The notes: a model not told the origin generated them from the sequence alone. A stretch of 64,000 nucleotides of DNA from an uncultured Clostridia bacterium (GCA_934141605.1 CAKPCL010000001.1:90730-154729); one strand, 5' to 3'; counted from the stretch's first letter, positions 19,093 through 29,472 are shown. Made by a program: numbers and translations.

Positions 19093-19947
19093 TTATAAAT
19101 TATCTGAGATTTTTTCAAACTGTTGCAATGTTAATTCCTCTGGTCTTATATTTTCATTTATTTCTAAAGAATTTAAAATTTCTATCCCTTTTTGTTTGTT
19201 GTTAAATATTTTATTATTTGTTAATGAATTTAGTAGTGTTTTTCTTTTTTGAGTAAAGGCATATTTTATTATTTTAAACATTTTTTCTTTGTCTTTTGGT
19301 TTAACTACTGGTTCTTTTCTTATATTTAACTTTATAACTTTTGATGTTACTTCTGGTTCTGGTATAAATGAATTATTTGGTACTTCCATTATTCCTTCTG
19401 ATGTTGCATAATAATACACTGTATATGTTATGGCTCCAGTATTTTTTTGTCCTGGAATTGCAATTAGCCTGTCTGCTACTTCTTTTTGTATCATTACTGT
19501 GATACTTTCTAAATCTAATTTTTCTTCTAATAATTTCATTATTATTGGTGTTGTTATGTAATATGGTAAATTGGCAACTATTTTTGCATTTTTTATTTTT
19601 GTATTTTCTTTTTCTGTTTTAATTATATTTTTTAAGTCTACTTTCAGTACATCTTCATTTATAATTTCGAAATTGTTATACAATGAAAATCTGTCTTCTA
19701 ATATTTTTAACATTTTTGTGTCTAGCTCTATACATATTACTTTTCCTGCTTTTTCTAACAAATATTTTGTAAGTGTTCCTAGTCCTGGTCCTATTTCTAT
19801 TACTAAGTCTTCTTTTGTTATTTCACTGCAATCTACTATTTTTTCTACTACTTCTTGGCTTATTAGGAAATTTTGTCCTAGGCTTTTATTTGCTTTTATG
19901 TTGTATTTTTTCATTATGAATTTTGTTTCTTCTAAAATATTTTCCAT
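19093..19947 (-). CDS. rsmA: 16S rRNA (adenine1518-N6/adenine1519-N6)-dimethyltransferase RsmA/KsgA
   Basis: LGQNFL, EIGPGLGTLT SAM-binding motifs; the likely true start is at 19947 (RBS aaggagcc), and the longer ORF to 20055 looks like a spurious N-terminal extension. Confidence 0.9.
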   Translation of the reverse strand: MENILEETKFIMKKYNIKANKSLGQNFLISQEVVEKIVDCSEITKEDLVIEIGPGLGTLTKYLLEKAGKVICIELDTKMLKILEDRFSLYNNFEIINEDVLKVDLKNIIKTEKENTKIKNAKIVANLPYYITTPIIMKLLEEKLDLESITVMIQKEVADRLIAIPGQKNTGAITYTVYYYATSEGIMEVPNNSFIPEPEVTSKVIKLNIRKEPVVKPKDKEKMFKIIKYAFTQKRKTLLNSLTNNKIFNNKQKGIEILNSLEINENIRPEELTLQQFEKISDNL

Positions 19948-20030
19948 TTTTGGCTCCTTATGATTTTTTACATTTTTTATTATAACAATTTTTTCTTTGA
20001 TGTTCAAGTAAAGTTTTATTATAATTATTT

Positions 20031-21296
20031 TTATTCTATTGTATCTATATTCCATGTAATTGGTGCGTTTTCATCTATTTCAGTAATTTCATTTTTATTT
20101 TGTGTTATTGTTTTTCCATTAGTTAAATCAATATTATATTCTCCGATATTTCTTGTTACACCATTATATTCATTTATCTCAAACACTTTAATCTCTAAGT
20201 TGGTTACTTTTTCATTTTGAGCTATTGCAATGTATTCTTCTGTATCATATTTGTAAAATCCATCATATTCTATTCCTTCTTCATCGTCTATTTCTTTAAT
20301 TGTCCCATCTTTATAATAGTATACATATTTAGTTATTAAGTCATATTCAGATATTTGATTTCCATTTTGATCATAAATTTCATATTTTAAGTTACCAATA
20401 TAATCATTTTCTGATAATGTTATAAGATTTTTAGATGTTACATCATCTAATGTTCTTCTTATTTTTATCAATGTTTGCATAGGAGATTCAATAATTTTTT
20501 CTATATTTGCTGTTAATCTTCCATAATTTATTGCAACATTATTTAAATTATATGTAATTGTATTTTCTAATGTCTTTGTTTTAGATAGTTCAATATCAAA
20601 TTTTCCATTAAAATTAATTAATTGTTCTCCAACCATTATTCTTACATCATCTAGAGTTATTGTGAATTTTTCCTTGTTACCTATTTCAGCATCTGATAGG
20701 AACCATAATTGGTATACTGTATAGTTCTTATTTTCAATATTTGTTATTATTTGTGAATCTGTTGCTCCTCTTAACCAATATTTATTGCCATCTATGATTA
20801 AATTATAATTGGCTCCTGCTAGTCTTGGTTCTTCGATTCCATATTCATTTACTAATTCATCATTAAATGAGACATATTGCAACCCAATAGTTTCTTCAGC
20901 TAGTTTGCTTTGTTCATCACTTAATGTAACATCAAATTGTAAAATTACAAATCCATCATCACATACTTTTGATGTTAATTCTATAGTATTGCCTTTATAT
21001 TCTATTTTTTGATTTTCTTGTTCTTGATATTCTTTAATATTCTGTGAAAATTCTATGCCTGTATCTCCTAATTTTAAGTTTCCAGTTACCCCAGCATACA
21101 CTAATCCTCCACTTAGTAATAATCCTAAAATACCAACAATACTTGTTATTGTCTTTTTTACTTTACTTTTTCTAACATATTTCTTATTTTCTTTCGCATT
21201 AATTTCAGATTGTCGATTATTCATTGTTTCTATAAGTTTATTTTTAAATTCTTTACTAGTTTCAATTTTAGATATAGTATTTTTATAATTATTCAT
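20031..21296 (-). CDS. Putative anti-sigma factor (cytoplasmic N-terminus, one TM, large extracytoplasmic domain)
   Basis: Overlaps the upstream ECF sigma gene by 8 nt; TM segment ITSIVGILGLLLSGGLVYAG after ~50 aa. Confidence 0.5.
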   Translation of the reverse strand: MNNYKNTISKIETSKEFKNKLIETMNNRQSEINAKENKKYVRKSKVKKTITSIVGILGLLLSGGLVYAGVTGNLKLGDTGIEFSQNIKEYQEQENQKIEYKGNTIELTSKVCDDGFVILQFDVTLSDEQSKLAEETIGLQYVSFNDELVNEYGIEEPRLAGANYNLIIDGNKYWLRGATDSQIITNIENKNYTVYQLWFLSDAEIGNKEKFTITLDDVRIMVGEQLINFNGKFDIELSKTKTLENTITYNLNNVAINYGRLTANIEKIIESPMQTLIKIRRTLDDVTSKNLITLSENDYIGNLKYEIYDQNGNQISEYDLITKYVYYYKDGTIKEIDDEEGIEYDGFYKYDTEEYIAIAQNEKVTNLEIKVFEINEYNGVTRNIGEYNIDLTNGKTITQNKNEITEIDENAPITWNIDTIE

Positions 21297-21762
21297 ATAT
21301 TTTATCCTCCCCTAATATATCTTTTAATTTTTTCTTTGCTCTTGTTAAAGCAGAACTTACTGTATTTATGTTCATATTTAAAATTTCAGCAATTTCTTTT
21401 ATTTTATATCCATGATAAAAATACATGTATACAATGTCCCTATAAACTGGTGGTTTTAGTTTTTTTATTTCTTCAAAAACTCCAATATCTTCATCTTTCA
21501 TAATGTTTTGATTTTCTTCTAATTCGCCAGTCTTTTTATTCCAGAAACTTTTATTATAATCATTACTTAAATTTGATGTTACTCTAATAAGCCATGCTTT
21601 TAAATGTTCATCATTTTGGATTTTTTCTTTATTATCTATTAGTTTAATAAATACTTCTTGTGTAATATCCTCTGCGTCTGACATATTAAATGTCTTTTGA
21701 TATGCTATTTGTAACACCATATTTGAGTATTTTTTTACTACTTCTTCTATTGAAATGTTCAT
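21289..21762 (-). CDS. ECF-type RNA polymerase sigma-70 factor
   Basis: Sigma region 2 (EVFIKLIDN...AWLIRVTSN) and region 4 (YRDIVYMYFYHGYKIKEIAEILNMNINTVSSALTRAKKKL); ATG at 21762 with RBS aaagggg. Confidence 0.8.
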   Translation of the reverse strand: MNISIEEVVKKYSNMVLQIAYQKTFNMSDAEDITQEVFIKLIDNKEKIQNDEHLKAWLIRVTSNLSNDYNKSFWNKKTGELEENQNIMKDEDIGVFEEIKKLKPPVYRDIVYMYFYHGYKIKEIAEILNMNINTVSSALTRAKKKLKDILGEDKIYE

Positions 21763-21962
21763 ATGTTTTCCCCTTTTCAATTTATATTTTATAATTAATG
21801 TGCATCTAATTTTAATTATACAATATTTTAAAAGTTTTTGAAAGTATTAAATGGTTTTATATATTTTTATTTTTAGACCTTTCATCTTATATACGATTCA
21901 ATGTTCTATTTTCGTGCATAAATTTTAAATTTTTTAAAATTTATTTATTCTAATCTGTTTTT

Positions 21963-22322
21963 TTACATTATTTGCTTTATATGATTAACATTAAATTTTC
22001 CATTTTTAATTAAAACTTCAACAACATCAAACCTAATAAAATTATCTAGCATTTTATTTTTATATAAAAAATATTTTGCAGTTCTATACATATGTTTTTG
22101 TTTTATCATATTAACTGCTTCAGAGGGTTGTCCAAAATCTAAACTACTTCTTGTTTTTACTTCAATAAAAACAATTTCTTTCTTGTCTTTTGCTATAATA
22201 TCTATTTCTCCTTGTTTGCAGTAAAAGTTTCTTTTTAAAATTTTGTAATTATGTTTTTCTAAATGCTCTACTGCTATTTGTTCTCCTATATTTCCTAGTT
22301 CTTTTTTTATATGTATTTTCAT
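21963..22322 (-). CDS. YraN/UPF0102 family endonuclease
   Basis: GEQIAVEHLEKHNYKILKRNFYCKQGEIDIIAKD...FIEVKTR. Confidence 0.8.
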   Translation of the reverse strand: MKIHIKKELGNIGEQIAVEHLEKHNYKILKRNFYCKQGEIDIIAKDKKEIVFIEVKTRSSLDFGQPSEAVNMIKQKHMYRTAKYFLYKNKMLDNFIRFDVVEVLIKNGKFNVNHIKQIM

Positions 22323-23185
22323 TTTTTCCTATAATTGTTTCCCGGAAGTGATACAATCTTGTCTTGTAATTCAAGTAGCATTAATTTATAGCTTACTTCA
22401 TTTATGCTTAAATTTAATTTTTTTGCTATTTCATTTATATGAATAATCTTTTCGTAATCTAGGCAATTGTAAATTTTTTGGAATTCTTCACCAACTAAAA
22501 CTTCTTTTTTGATTTTTTTAATACTTTTTTTCTTTAATTTTAATTCGGGATATTTTTTTATAATGTCTTCGACTTCTGTTACTAGAAAAGCTCCTTCTTT
22601 TATTAATTTGTTTGGAGTTATGCCTTTAGTGCTTTCTAAACTAGATGGAATACAAAATACATTTTTCCCTTGTTTTTTTGTTATTTTAGCTGTTACGCTT
22701 GTACCACTTCTGTATCCTCCTTCTATTACTAAAGTTCCTATTGCAAGTCCACTCACAATTCTATTTCTTTCTAAAAATTTTTGTGAACTTGCTCTTTCGT
22801 TTTCTTCATATTCTGTTACAAGTAATCCATTGTTTTTTAATATACCTTTCCACAATTTTTCGTTTTCTTGTGGATAAATGTTTTTTAGTCCACTTGGCAA
22901 TACGGCTATTGTTTTTCCTGTGCCTTCTATGCTTCCAATATGTGCGAAGCTATCTACTCCTATTGCCAAACCACTTATTACTGTTAGTCCATATAGGCTT
23001 AATTCTTTTGCGAACTTTTTTGCATTTTTCTTGCCATATTCTGTACATATTCTTGAACCAATTACTGCTATTCCGGGTTCATTTATCAATTCTATATTTC
23101 CTTCTAAATACAGTTGTTTTGGTGGATTTTCTGTATTTTTTAAATTTTCTGGATAGTTTTTGTCTTCTAATGTTATTTTTATCAA
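22319..23185 (-). CDS. dprA: DNA-processing protein DprA (Smf)
   Basis: Rossmann-like DprA core AVIGSRICTEYGKKNA...GLAIGVDSFAH; overlaps its neighbours by 4 nt. Confidence 0.9.
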   Translation of the reverse strand: MIKITLEDKNYPENLKNTENPPKQLYLEGNIELINEPGIAVIGSRICTEYGKKNAKKFAKELSLYGLTVISGLAIGVDSFAHIGSIEGTGKTIAVLPSGLKNIYPQENEKLWKGILKNNGLLVTEYEENERASSQKFLERNRIVSGLAIGTLVIEGGYRSGTSVTAKITKKQGKNVFCIPSSLESTKGITPNKLIKEGAFLVTEVEDIIKKYPELKLKKKSIKKIKKEVLVGEEFQKIYNCLDYEKIIHINEIAKKLNLSINEVSYKLMLLELQDKIVSLPGNNYRKK

Positions 23186-24720
23186 AATTTATCACCATAT
23201 TTTCTATCTAAACTTCTATATTGGATTGCTTCCAATAAATGCTGTTTTTCTATATTGTTTTTTTCTTCCAAATCTGCTATTGTTCTAGCAACTTTCAAAA
23301 TTCTTGAATAGGCTCTCGCACTTAATCCTAATTTGTTAAATGCTAATTCTAATATTTGTTTACATTCATGATTTAAAACACAATATTTTTCTAACATTTG
23401 TGTTGTTAATTCAGAATTTGAATATATTTTTTCGTTTCTGTATCTTAAAAATTGTATTCTTCTAGCTTTATTTACTCTTTCTTTTATTTTTTTTGAGCTT
23501 TCTTCTGTATTTTGAGAGTCTAGTTTTTTATATTTTACTGGCTTAACTTCTACATGCAAGTCAATTCTATCTAATAAAGGTCCACTAATTCTATTTAGGT
23601 ATTTTTCTATTGCTGTTTTGGAACAGCTGCATTCTTTTTCCGTGCTTCCATAATATCCACATGGACATGGGTTCATACTTGCAATTAGCATGAAGTTTGA
23701 TGGATATATTACTTTTGAATATAATCTTGATATGCTGATATTTCTGTCTTCTAATGGTCCTCTTAAAACTTCTAATGTACTTTTATTAAATTCTGGTATC
23801 TCATCTAAAAATAGTACTCCATTATGTGCTAAACTTATTTCTCCTGGTCTTGGTATTTTTCCGCCTCCTATCATTGATGTTAAAGATATTGTATGATGTG
23901 GGTTTCTAAATGGTCTTTTTGTTGCTATTCCTATATCATTGTCTAATATTCCTGATATACTATGTATTTTGGTTACTTCCAGTGCTTCTTCAAATGTTAA
24001 ATCTGGTAATATAGTTGGCATCCTTTGTGCAAGCATAGTCTTTCCTGCCCCTGGTGGGCCAATTAGTATACAGTTATGTCCTCCTGCTGCTGCAATTTCT
24101 AATGCTCTTTTTACATTTTCTTGTCCTTTTACTTCACTAAAATCTTTTTCATTTTTCCCCTCTCTATTAAATTCTTTTAATATATTTATTCTTATAGGCT
24201 TTATTTCAATTTTTTTATTTAGGTAATCTACTACTTCTTTTAAGTTTTTTACTCCTATTATTTCTATATTTTTTATAACAGCTGCTTCTCTTTCATTAGA
24301 TTTAGGTAAAATTACCCTTTTTATTCCTAAGTTCATTGCTTCTATACACATTGGTAGGACACCATTTATTCGGTTTACTTTGCCGTCTAATGATAATTCG
24401 CCTATAAATATTGTATTTTCCAAATTATCTATTTCTATTTCTTTTAGTGCTTGTAAAATTCCTACAGCAATTGGTAAATCATAGCTCGTTCCTTCTTTTC
24501 TTGTACTTGCTGGTGCTAAATTTATTATAATTTTTCTGCTAGGAAATTCTATTTTTGAATTCTTTATGGCTGTTTTTATTCTTTCTTTTGATTCTTTTAC
24601 ACTTGTGTCTGGAAGTCCTACTATTTCAATATTAGGTATTCCTCCAGATATGTCAGTTTGGACTTCAACTAAATTTCCGTCTATTCCGTTTAAAGATATA
24701 GTTTTAATATTTGATGTCAT
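23182..24720 (-). CDS. yifB: YifB/ComM family Mg-chelatase-like AAA+ ATPase
   Basis: N-terminal Lon-like domain, Walker A GPPGAGKT, C-terminal ChlI-like region. Confidence 0.9.
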   Translation of the reverse strand: MTSNIKTISLNGIDGNLVEVQTDISGGIPNIEIVGLPDTSVKESKERIKTAIKNSKIEFPSRKIIINLAPASTRKEGTSYDLPIAVGILQALKEIEIDNLENTIFIGELSLDGKVNRINGVLPMCIEAMNLGIKRVILPKSNEREAAVIKNIEIIGVKNLKEVVDYLNKKIEIKPIRINILKEFNREGKNEKDFSEVKGQENVKRALEIAAAGGHNCILIGPPGAGKTMLAQRMPTILPDLTFEEALEVTKIHSISGILDNDIGIATKRPFRNPHHTISLTSMIGGGKIPRPGEISLAHNGVLFLDEIPEFNKSTLEVLRGPLEDRNISISRLYSKVIYPSNFMLIASMNPCPCGYYGSTEKECSCSKTAIEKYLNRISGPLLDRIDLHVEVKPVKYKKLDSQNTEESSKKIKERVNKARRIQFLRYRNEKIYSNSELTTQMLEKYCVLNHECKQILELAFNKLGLSARAYSRILKVARTIADLEEKNNIEKQHLLEAIQYRSLDRKYGDKF

Positions 24721-24797
24721 TTTTTCTCCTTTCTAGGTTTGTGAAAAATTTTTTTATTTACTAAAATTTATTGATTTTTAAGTTTCTTTAATATAAA

Positions 24798-27074
24798 ATG
24801 TTAATATATAAATTGTTTAACAAAAGAGTGGTGAAAATATTGAAAGATATAAAAAGTGATAAAGTTATAGACATAAATAAAAATTTAAAAGATAGAGTTG
24901 GTGTAAATGTTAAAAAATTGAAATTGATTTTTTTAGTAGTAATTTTAATTTTTGCCTTACTATTAGGAAGACTTGGATATCTTCAATTTATAAAAGGTAG
25001 TTATCTAAAAGAATTGGCATATAATCAACAATCTATAAATCAAATTATTAGTCCTAAGAGAGGGATTATATATGATGCAAATGGCACTATACTTGCTACA
25101 AGTGCTTCTGTTGATACTATAACTATTAATCCTTCTAAAATAAAAGATTCAAAAAATACTAGTGATGAAAGGACTAAAGAAGTAAAAGAAAAACTTGCGA
25201 AAGCCTTTTCAGAAATATTTGAATTAGATTATGAAGAAACTTTGGAAAAAGTTAATAGTACTTCTCAAGTTGAAACTATTGTTAAAAAAGTAGAGCAAGA
25301 TAAAGTTGATAAATTGAAAGCTTGGCTAAAGGAAAATAACATTTCAGTTGGAATAAATATTGATGAAGATACGAAAAGATATTATCCTTATGACACGGTA
25401 TTATCTCAAGTAATTGGTGCTTGCGGTAGTGATAATCAAGGTTTAGCTGGTATTGAATTTGAATGGAATTCAACCTTAGCTGGTACTCCTGGTAAAATTA
25501 TAAGTTCAAAAAGTGCTAGTCAAGAAGAAATTCCAAATGCTGAAGAAACTTATATCCCTGCAGAAAATGGAAGCGACTTAACTTTGACTATTGACTTAAA
25601 AATTCAAAATATTGTTGAAAAATATTTAAAACAAGCTGTAGACAATAACAATGTAGAAAATGGTGGAAATTGTATTGTAATGAATCCAAAAACTGGTGAT
25701 ATTTTGGCAATGGCTACATATCCAAATTATGATTTGAATAATCCTTTTACACCAAATGAATATGTTGCTAAAATCTATGATTCTTTAGATTCTTCTGGTA
25801 AAGTTGATGCTATTTATAAAATGTGGTCTAACAAATCTGTTAGTGAACTATATGAACCTGGTTCCGTATTTAAACTAATTACTGCTTCTGTTGCCTTAGA
25901 AGAAAACATTACAGGAACATCTGTTGAAAATGATTTCTTCTGTCCTGGATATGAAATAGTTAATGGTACAAGAATTAATTGTTGGAAAACTGACGGTTCT
26001 CATGGTTACCAAACTTTAACACAAGCATTACAAAAATCTTGCAACCCTGCCCTTATACAATTAGGAAGTAGAATTGGTACATCAACATTATATAAATATT
26101 ATAAAGCTTTTGGATTTTTTGATAGAACCGGTGTAGATTTACCTGGTGAAGCTCAATCTTCTTTCTGGGATGAAAGTGATGTAAATGCTGTTGAAAGAGC
26201 TACAATGTCTTTTGGTCAAAGGTTTAGTATTACTCCTTTACAAATGATTACTGCTATATCTGCAATAGCAAATGATGGTGTATTAATGAAACCAAGAATT
26301 GTAAAATCTATTACTAATACAGAAACTGGAGCTGTAACTACAATTGAACCTGAACAGGTTAGACAAGTTCTTTCTTCTGAAACAGCTTCAAAAGTTAAAT
26401 CTATGATGCAAGCTGTTGTAGAAGGTGGTACTGGTAATAAAGGAGCTGTAACTGGATATACTGTTGGAGGAAAAACAGGTACCTCTGAGCCAGTAGAGGG
26501 TAAAGAAGAAAATGGATATGTTGCTACTTATGTTGCTATTTCTCCTGTTGAAGATACCAAAGTTGTATTATTACTAAACTTATATAAGCCTCCTGTAAGT
26601 AACCACCAAGGTGGTACTTTGGCTGGTCCTGTGGTTTCTCAAATGTTATCTGAAATTTTACCTTGTTTAGGAGTTCCTTCAGAAGAGGAATCAACAGATG
26701 ATGATGATTTAATTACTGTTCCTGAAATTAGAAATAAAACAATTACAGAAGCCGAAAAAATTCTTAAAGAAAAAGGATTTACTTCTAAAATTACTACTTC
26801 TAATGATAAAAATAGTACTCTTGTTGTTGACCAAGTTCCAAAGCCTGGCGTATCACTTTCTCAAGGTTCTATAATAATGCTATATGACCAAGATACAAGA
26901 ACTTCAACTACTGTTCCTGACCTTACAGGAAAAAGTAAATATCAAGCAACACAAGAGTTGAAAAACGCTAACTTAAATATCAGTATTGATGGTTCTGGTG
27001 TTGTTGTATCTCAAGATCCTCCAAAGGGTTCTAATGTTGATGCTGGTACAGTTGTAAAAGTAACTTTTAAATAA
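24798..27074 (+). CDS. Class B penicillin-binding protein with two PASTA domains (SpoVD/PBP2B-like)
   Basis: SVFK (SxxK), SCN (SxN) and KTGTS (KTG) motifs; two C-terminal PASTA repeats; start codon uncertain. Confidence 0.9.
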   Translation: MLIYKLFNKRVVKILKDIKSDKVIDINKNLKDRVGVNVKKLKLIFLVVILIFALLLGRLGYLQFIKGSYLKELAYNQQSINQIISPKRGIIYDANGTILATSASVDTITINPSKIKDSKNTSDERTKEVKEKLAKAFSEIFELDYEETLEKVNSTSQVETIVKKVEQDKVDKLKAWLKENNISVGINIDEDTKRYYPYDTVLSQVIGACGSDNQGLAGIEFEWNSTLAGTPGKIISSKSASQEEIPNAEETYIPAENGSDLTLTIDLKIQNIVEKYLKQAVDNNNVENGGNCIVMNPKTGDILAMATYPNYDLNNPFTPNEYVAKIYDSLDSSGKVDAIYKMWSNKSVSELYEPGSVFKLITASVALEENITGTSVENDFFCPGYEIVNGTRINCWKTDGSHGYQTLTQALQKSCNPALIQLGSRIGTSTLYKYYKAFGFFDRTGVDLPGEAQSSFWDESDVNAVERATMSFGQRFSITPLQMITAISAIANDGVLMKPRIVKSITNTETGAVTTIEPEQVRQVLSSETASKVKSMMQAVVEGGTGNKGAVTGYTVGGKTGTSEPVEGKEENGYVATYVAISPVEDTKVVLLLNLYKPPVSNHQGGTLAGPVVSQMLSEILPCLGVPSEEESTDDDDLITVPEIRNKTITEAEKILKEKGFTSKITTSNDKNSTLVVDQVPKPGVSLSQGSIIMLYDQDTRTSTTVPDLTGKSKYQATQELKNANLNISIDGSGVVVSQDPPKGSNVDAGTVVKVTFK

Positions 27075-27084
27075 TATTTTGGTA

Positions 27085-27104
27085 TTAAGAGGGATTTTTC
27101 CCTC
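27085..27104. terminator. Bidirectional terminator
   Basis: aagagggatttttccctctt hairpin between the PBP and Rpn genes. Confidence 0.5.
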
Positions 27105-27740
27105 TTATTCCATTTTTTCTTCAATCCAATATTTCTCAGCTAAATTATCTAATAATTTTATATATGGATTTTTGTTTTTTATTTTTTCTAATGTTTCATT
27201 TTCACAACCTTTTAAATATGATATCCACTCCTCTTTAGGAGTTAAGTTGTCTGAATTTTTAGGTTTGAATTTTAGTAGTTCTATTGTATACATTTCTAGT
27301 TCTTCTAGTCTAACATTTCCTTCGTTTGTTTTTATTTTTATTATTTTATCATAGTCTTTTGATGAAAAATAATTAAAGTCTATAAAGTTAATTGTTATTG
27401 TTTTTGCAAATTCTCTTTTGTCTTTGTATTCTAACTGATTTAAATGTATTTGTGCATAGTATATTAACATTTTTGTTTGCACATATATTCCGTCAATAAA
27501 TTGTATCCCTACATTTATTTCTTCATTTTCGTCTGTTTTTATTCTAACATCTGCAATCCCAAAATTTTCTTCTTTTGGAAGGTATTGTGATTTTTCTTTA
27601 AGATATGGGTTTAATGAAATATTTTCTATTGTGATATTTAGAATTGATTCTATAAGATTTTTTAGAATACTTAAACAATCCTTATTATTTAGTATTTTTC
27701 TAAGGACATAGTTACTATTTGAAATGAATTTTTTATTCAT
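27105..27740 (-). CDS. Rpn-family / PD-(D/E)XK nuclease-family transposase-like protein (short paralogue)
   Basis: 211 aa; similar in architecture to 3411-4262 and 53495-54313 (conserved D...E.K core around GIADVRIKTDENEEINVGIQF). Confidence 0.5.
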   Translation of the reverse strand: MNKKFISNSNYVLRKILNNKDCLSILKNLIESILNITIENISLNPYLKEKSQYLPKEENFGIADVRIKTDENEEINVGIQFIDGIYVQTKMLIYYAQIHLNQLEYKDKREFAKTITINFIDFNYFSSKDYDKIIKIKTNEGNVRLEELEMYTIELLKFKPKNSDNLTPKEEWISYLKGCENETLEKIKNKNPYIKLLDNLAEKYWIEEKME

Positions 27741-27917
27741 TTTTTATAATTTCACCTCCATAATTTTTTTACATTTCTTTTGTATGGATTTTTAATTAGA
27801 TCTAATTATAAAATTATTTAAACTTGATTTTAAAAATTTTTTTGAATTAAAATTAGATAGATTATAACTACTTATTTTTATCCTGTCAATAATTTTTGCG
27901 TTTTTTTTCAAAAAATC

Positions 27918-27955
27918 GACCGCAAAATTCGACATTTTAATTTTGCGGTCTTTTT
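27918..27955 (-). terminator. Rho-independent terminator (bidirectional)
   Basis: 12-bp perfect stem gaccgcaaaatt/aattttgcggtc with T-runs on both sides. Confidence 0.6.
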
Positions 27956-27958
27956 AAT

Positions 27959-28711
27959 TTATTTTTTTGTTGCTATATAATATCCTACTCCTCTTTTTGT
28001 AATTAATATTTTAGGAGCTGATGTATCTTTTTCTATTTTTTCTCTTATTCTTCTTACTGTAACATCTACTGTTCTTATATCTCCATAATATTCGTACCCC
28101 CACACTTGTTCAAGTAGTGTTTCTCTAGTAATGACTTGTCCTGGTTGTGTTGCTAGAAATTTTAATACTTCAAATTCTCTTAGTGTTAGGTCTATGATTT
28201 CTCCTCTTACTTTTACTTCAAATCTGTCTAAGTCTAATTCCAAATCATTTACTTTTACTATGCTTTCATTTTTATCTTCTTCCTCATGTATGTTACTATT
28301 TGTAGTTTCTTTTGGTATATTTGACATTTCATTTTTTCTTAAATTTGCTTTTACTCTTGCCATTAGTTCTCTTACACTAAATGGTTTTGTTATATAGTCA
28401 TCTGCACCTAATTCAAGTCCTACTATTTTATCTATTTCAGCATCTTTGGCTGTTAGCATTAGTATTGGTATGTTTAAGTAATTTTTTACTCTTTTGCATA
28501 CTGATAGACCATCTAGTTTTGGCAGCATTATGTCTAATAGCATTAGGTCTGGTTTTTGTTCTAATGCTATGTTTACTGCTGTTATACCGTCTGTTGCTTC
28601 TAGTGTTTCATATCCTTCTTTTTTTAAATTATATACTAGCACATCTATGATTGATTGTTCATCATCTACTACTAATACTTTTTTTACTTCTTTTTCTAAA
28701 TTTTCTTCCAC
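27959..28711 (-). CDS. OmpR/WalR(YycF)-like response regulator, no adjacent kinase
   Basis: REC domain; C-terminal VWGYEYYGDIRTVDVTVRRIREKIE matches the WalR wing; ~35-aa acidic insert in the linker. Confidence 0.8.
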   Translation of the reverse strand: MEENLEKEVKKVLVVDDEQSIIDVLVYNLKKEGYETLEATDGITAVNIALEQKPDLMLLDIMLPKLDGLSVCKRVKNYLNIPILMLTAKDAEIDKIVGLELGADDYITKPFSVRELMARVKANLRKNEMSNIPKETTNSNIHEEEDKNESIVKVNDLELDLDRFEVKVRGEIIDLTLREFEVLKFLATQPGQVITRETLLEQVWGYEYYGDIRTVDVTVRRIREKIEKDTSAPKILITKRGVGYYIATKK

Positions 28712-28849
28712 AAAAATTCCGCCTTTCTATAGCTTTATTTTTATATAAGTAATTTATATCACAATTTTGGTGATTATACAAGTTTTTTTTGTATTTTATA
28801 TTATTTTTTGGGTAATAAGGTGACCGTTTAGTTATAAATTAAATTTTTT

Positions 28850-28939
28850 AAGTGTTGATATATTAATATTTTTTACAGAAAACATATCTAGAGTCTCCCT
28901 TATGGTCTTTTGTTGCAAAATATTAATATATCAACACTT
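28850..28939. repeat. Hairpin element copy c: 23-bp perfect inverted repeat with conserved loop
   Basis: aagtgttgatatattaatatttt ... aaaatattaatatatcaacactt; loop acagaaaacatatctagagtctcccttatggtcttttg. Confidence 0.6.
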
Positions 28940-28972
28940 AAAATACTATTGTAGTAAAACTGCAATTATTAA

Positions 28973-29001
28973 TTGACATAATTACATTTTAGTGGTATAA
29001 T
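28973..29001 (+). promoter_or_regulatory. Consensus sigma-A promoter TTGACA-17-TATAAT
   Basis: ttgacataattacattttagtggtataat read directly, followed by the perfect RBS aaggagg and ATG at 29050. Confidence 0.6.
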
Positions 29002-29049
29002 TTATTTTATTCTGCATATAATATACAAAAAAATTAAGGAGGTTACCAA

Positions 29050-29472
29050 ATGAGTAATGATGCAGCATTAGTTTTACCCCGGGAAATTAATCCAAGTAAA
29101 ATTGAGTCTTTTCAGAATTTAGGCTTCACTTTTAACTTAAAAAGTAAGGACTTGTACTGTGTACGACTGCCAAAAGGTTGGTCTACCACATCATCAACAA
29201 TTCTCGATGAGAAAAGGAGAAAAAGAGCTTTTTCTTCTAATGAAAAAGTAGAATTGTTACATAGATACGATATCTCTTACAAAAGAGTTGCTAATGATAG
29301 GTTTAGTCCTATATTAGTGTATGTATCTGATTCTGATGGAGAAATAGTACAAACTATGGGATTGTGCGGAACATACAATTCTGAAGAATTTAAGCAACTT
29401 GTTGAAAATGGTTACAAATACCTAAATGAAAATTTCCCAAATTGGAAAAGTCCCTATGCTTATTGGGACTAA
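29050..29472 (+). CDS. Hypothetical protein, compositionally atypical (GC-richer)
   Basis: 140 aa, no recognisable motif; strong promoter and RBS; a shared bidirectional terminator cctgtggca/tgccataggg follows. Confidence 0.5.
   Translation: MSNDAALVLPREINPSKIESFQNLGFTFNLKSKDLYCVRLPKGWSTTSSTILDEKRRKRAFSSNEKVELLHRYDISYKRVANDRFSPILVYVSDSDGEIVQTMGLCGTYNSEEFKQLVENGYKYLNENFPNWKSPYAYWD

Noticed and set aside
19948-20055. N-terminal extensions of rsmA, and similarly of minD (60039-60068), aspS (48814-48855), the pilin-LamG gene (53098-53160) and the TSCPD gene
   Set aside because: In each case an internal ATG with a proper AGGAG-type RBS precedes the conserved N-terminus (GKGGVGKTT for MinD, the prepilin leader, etc.). 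The longer ORFs are spurious upstream extensions.
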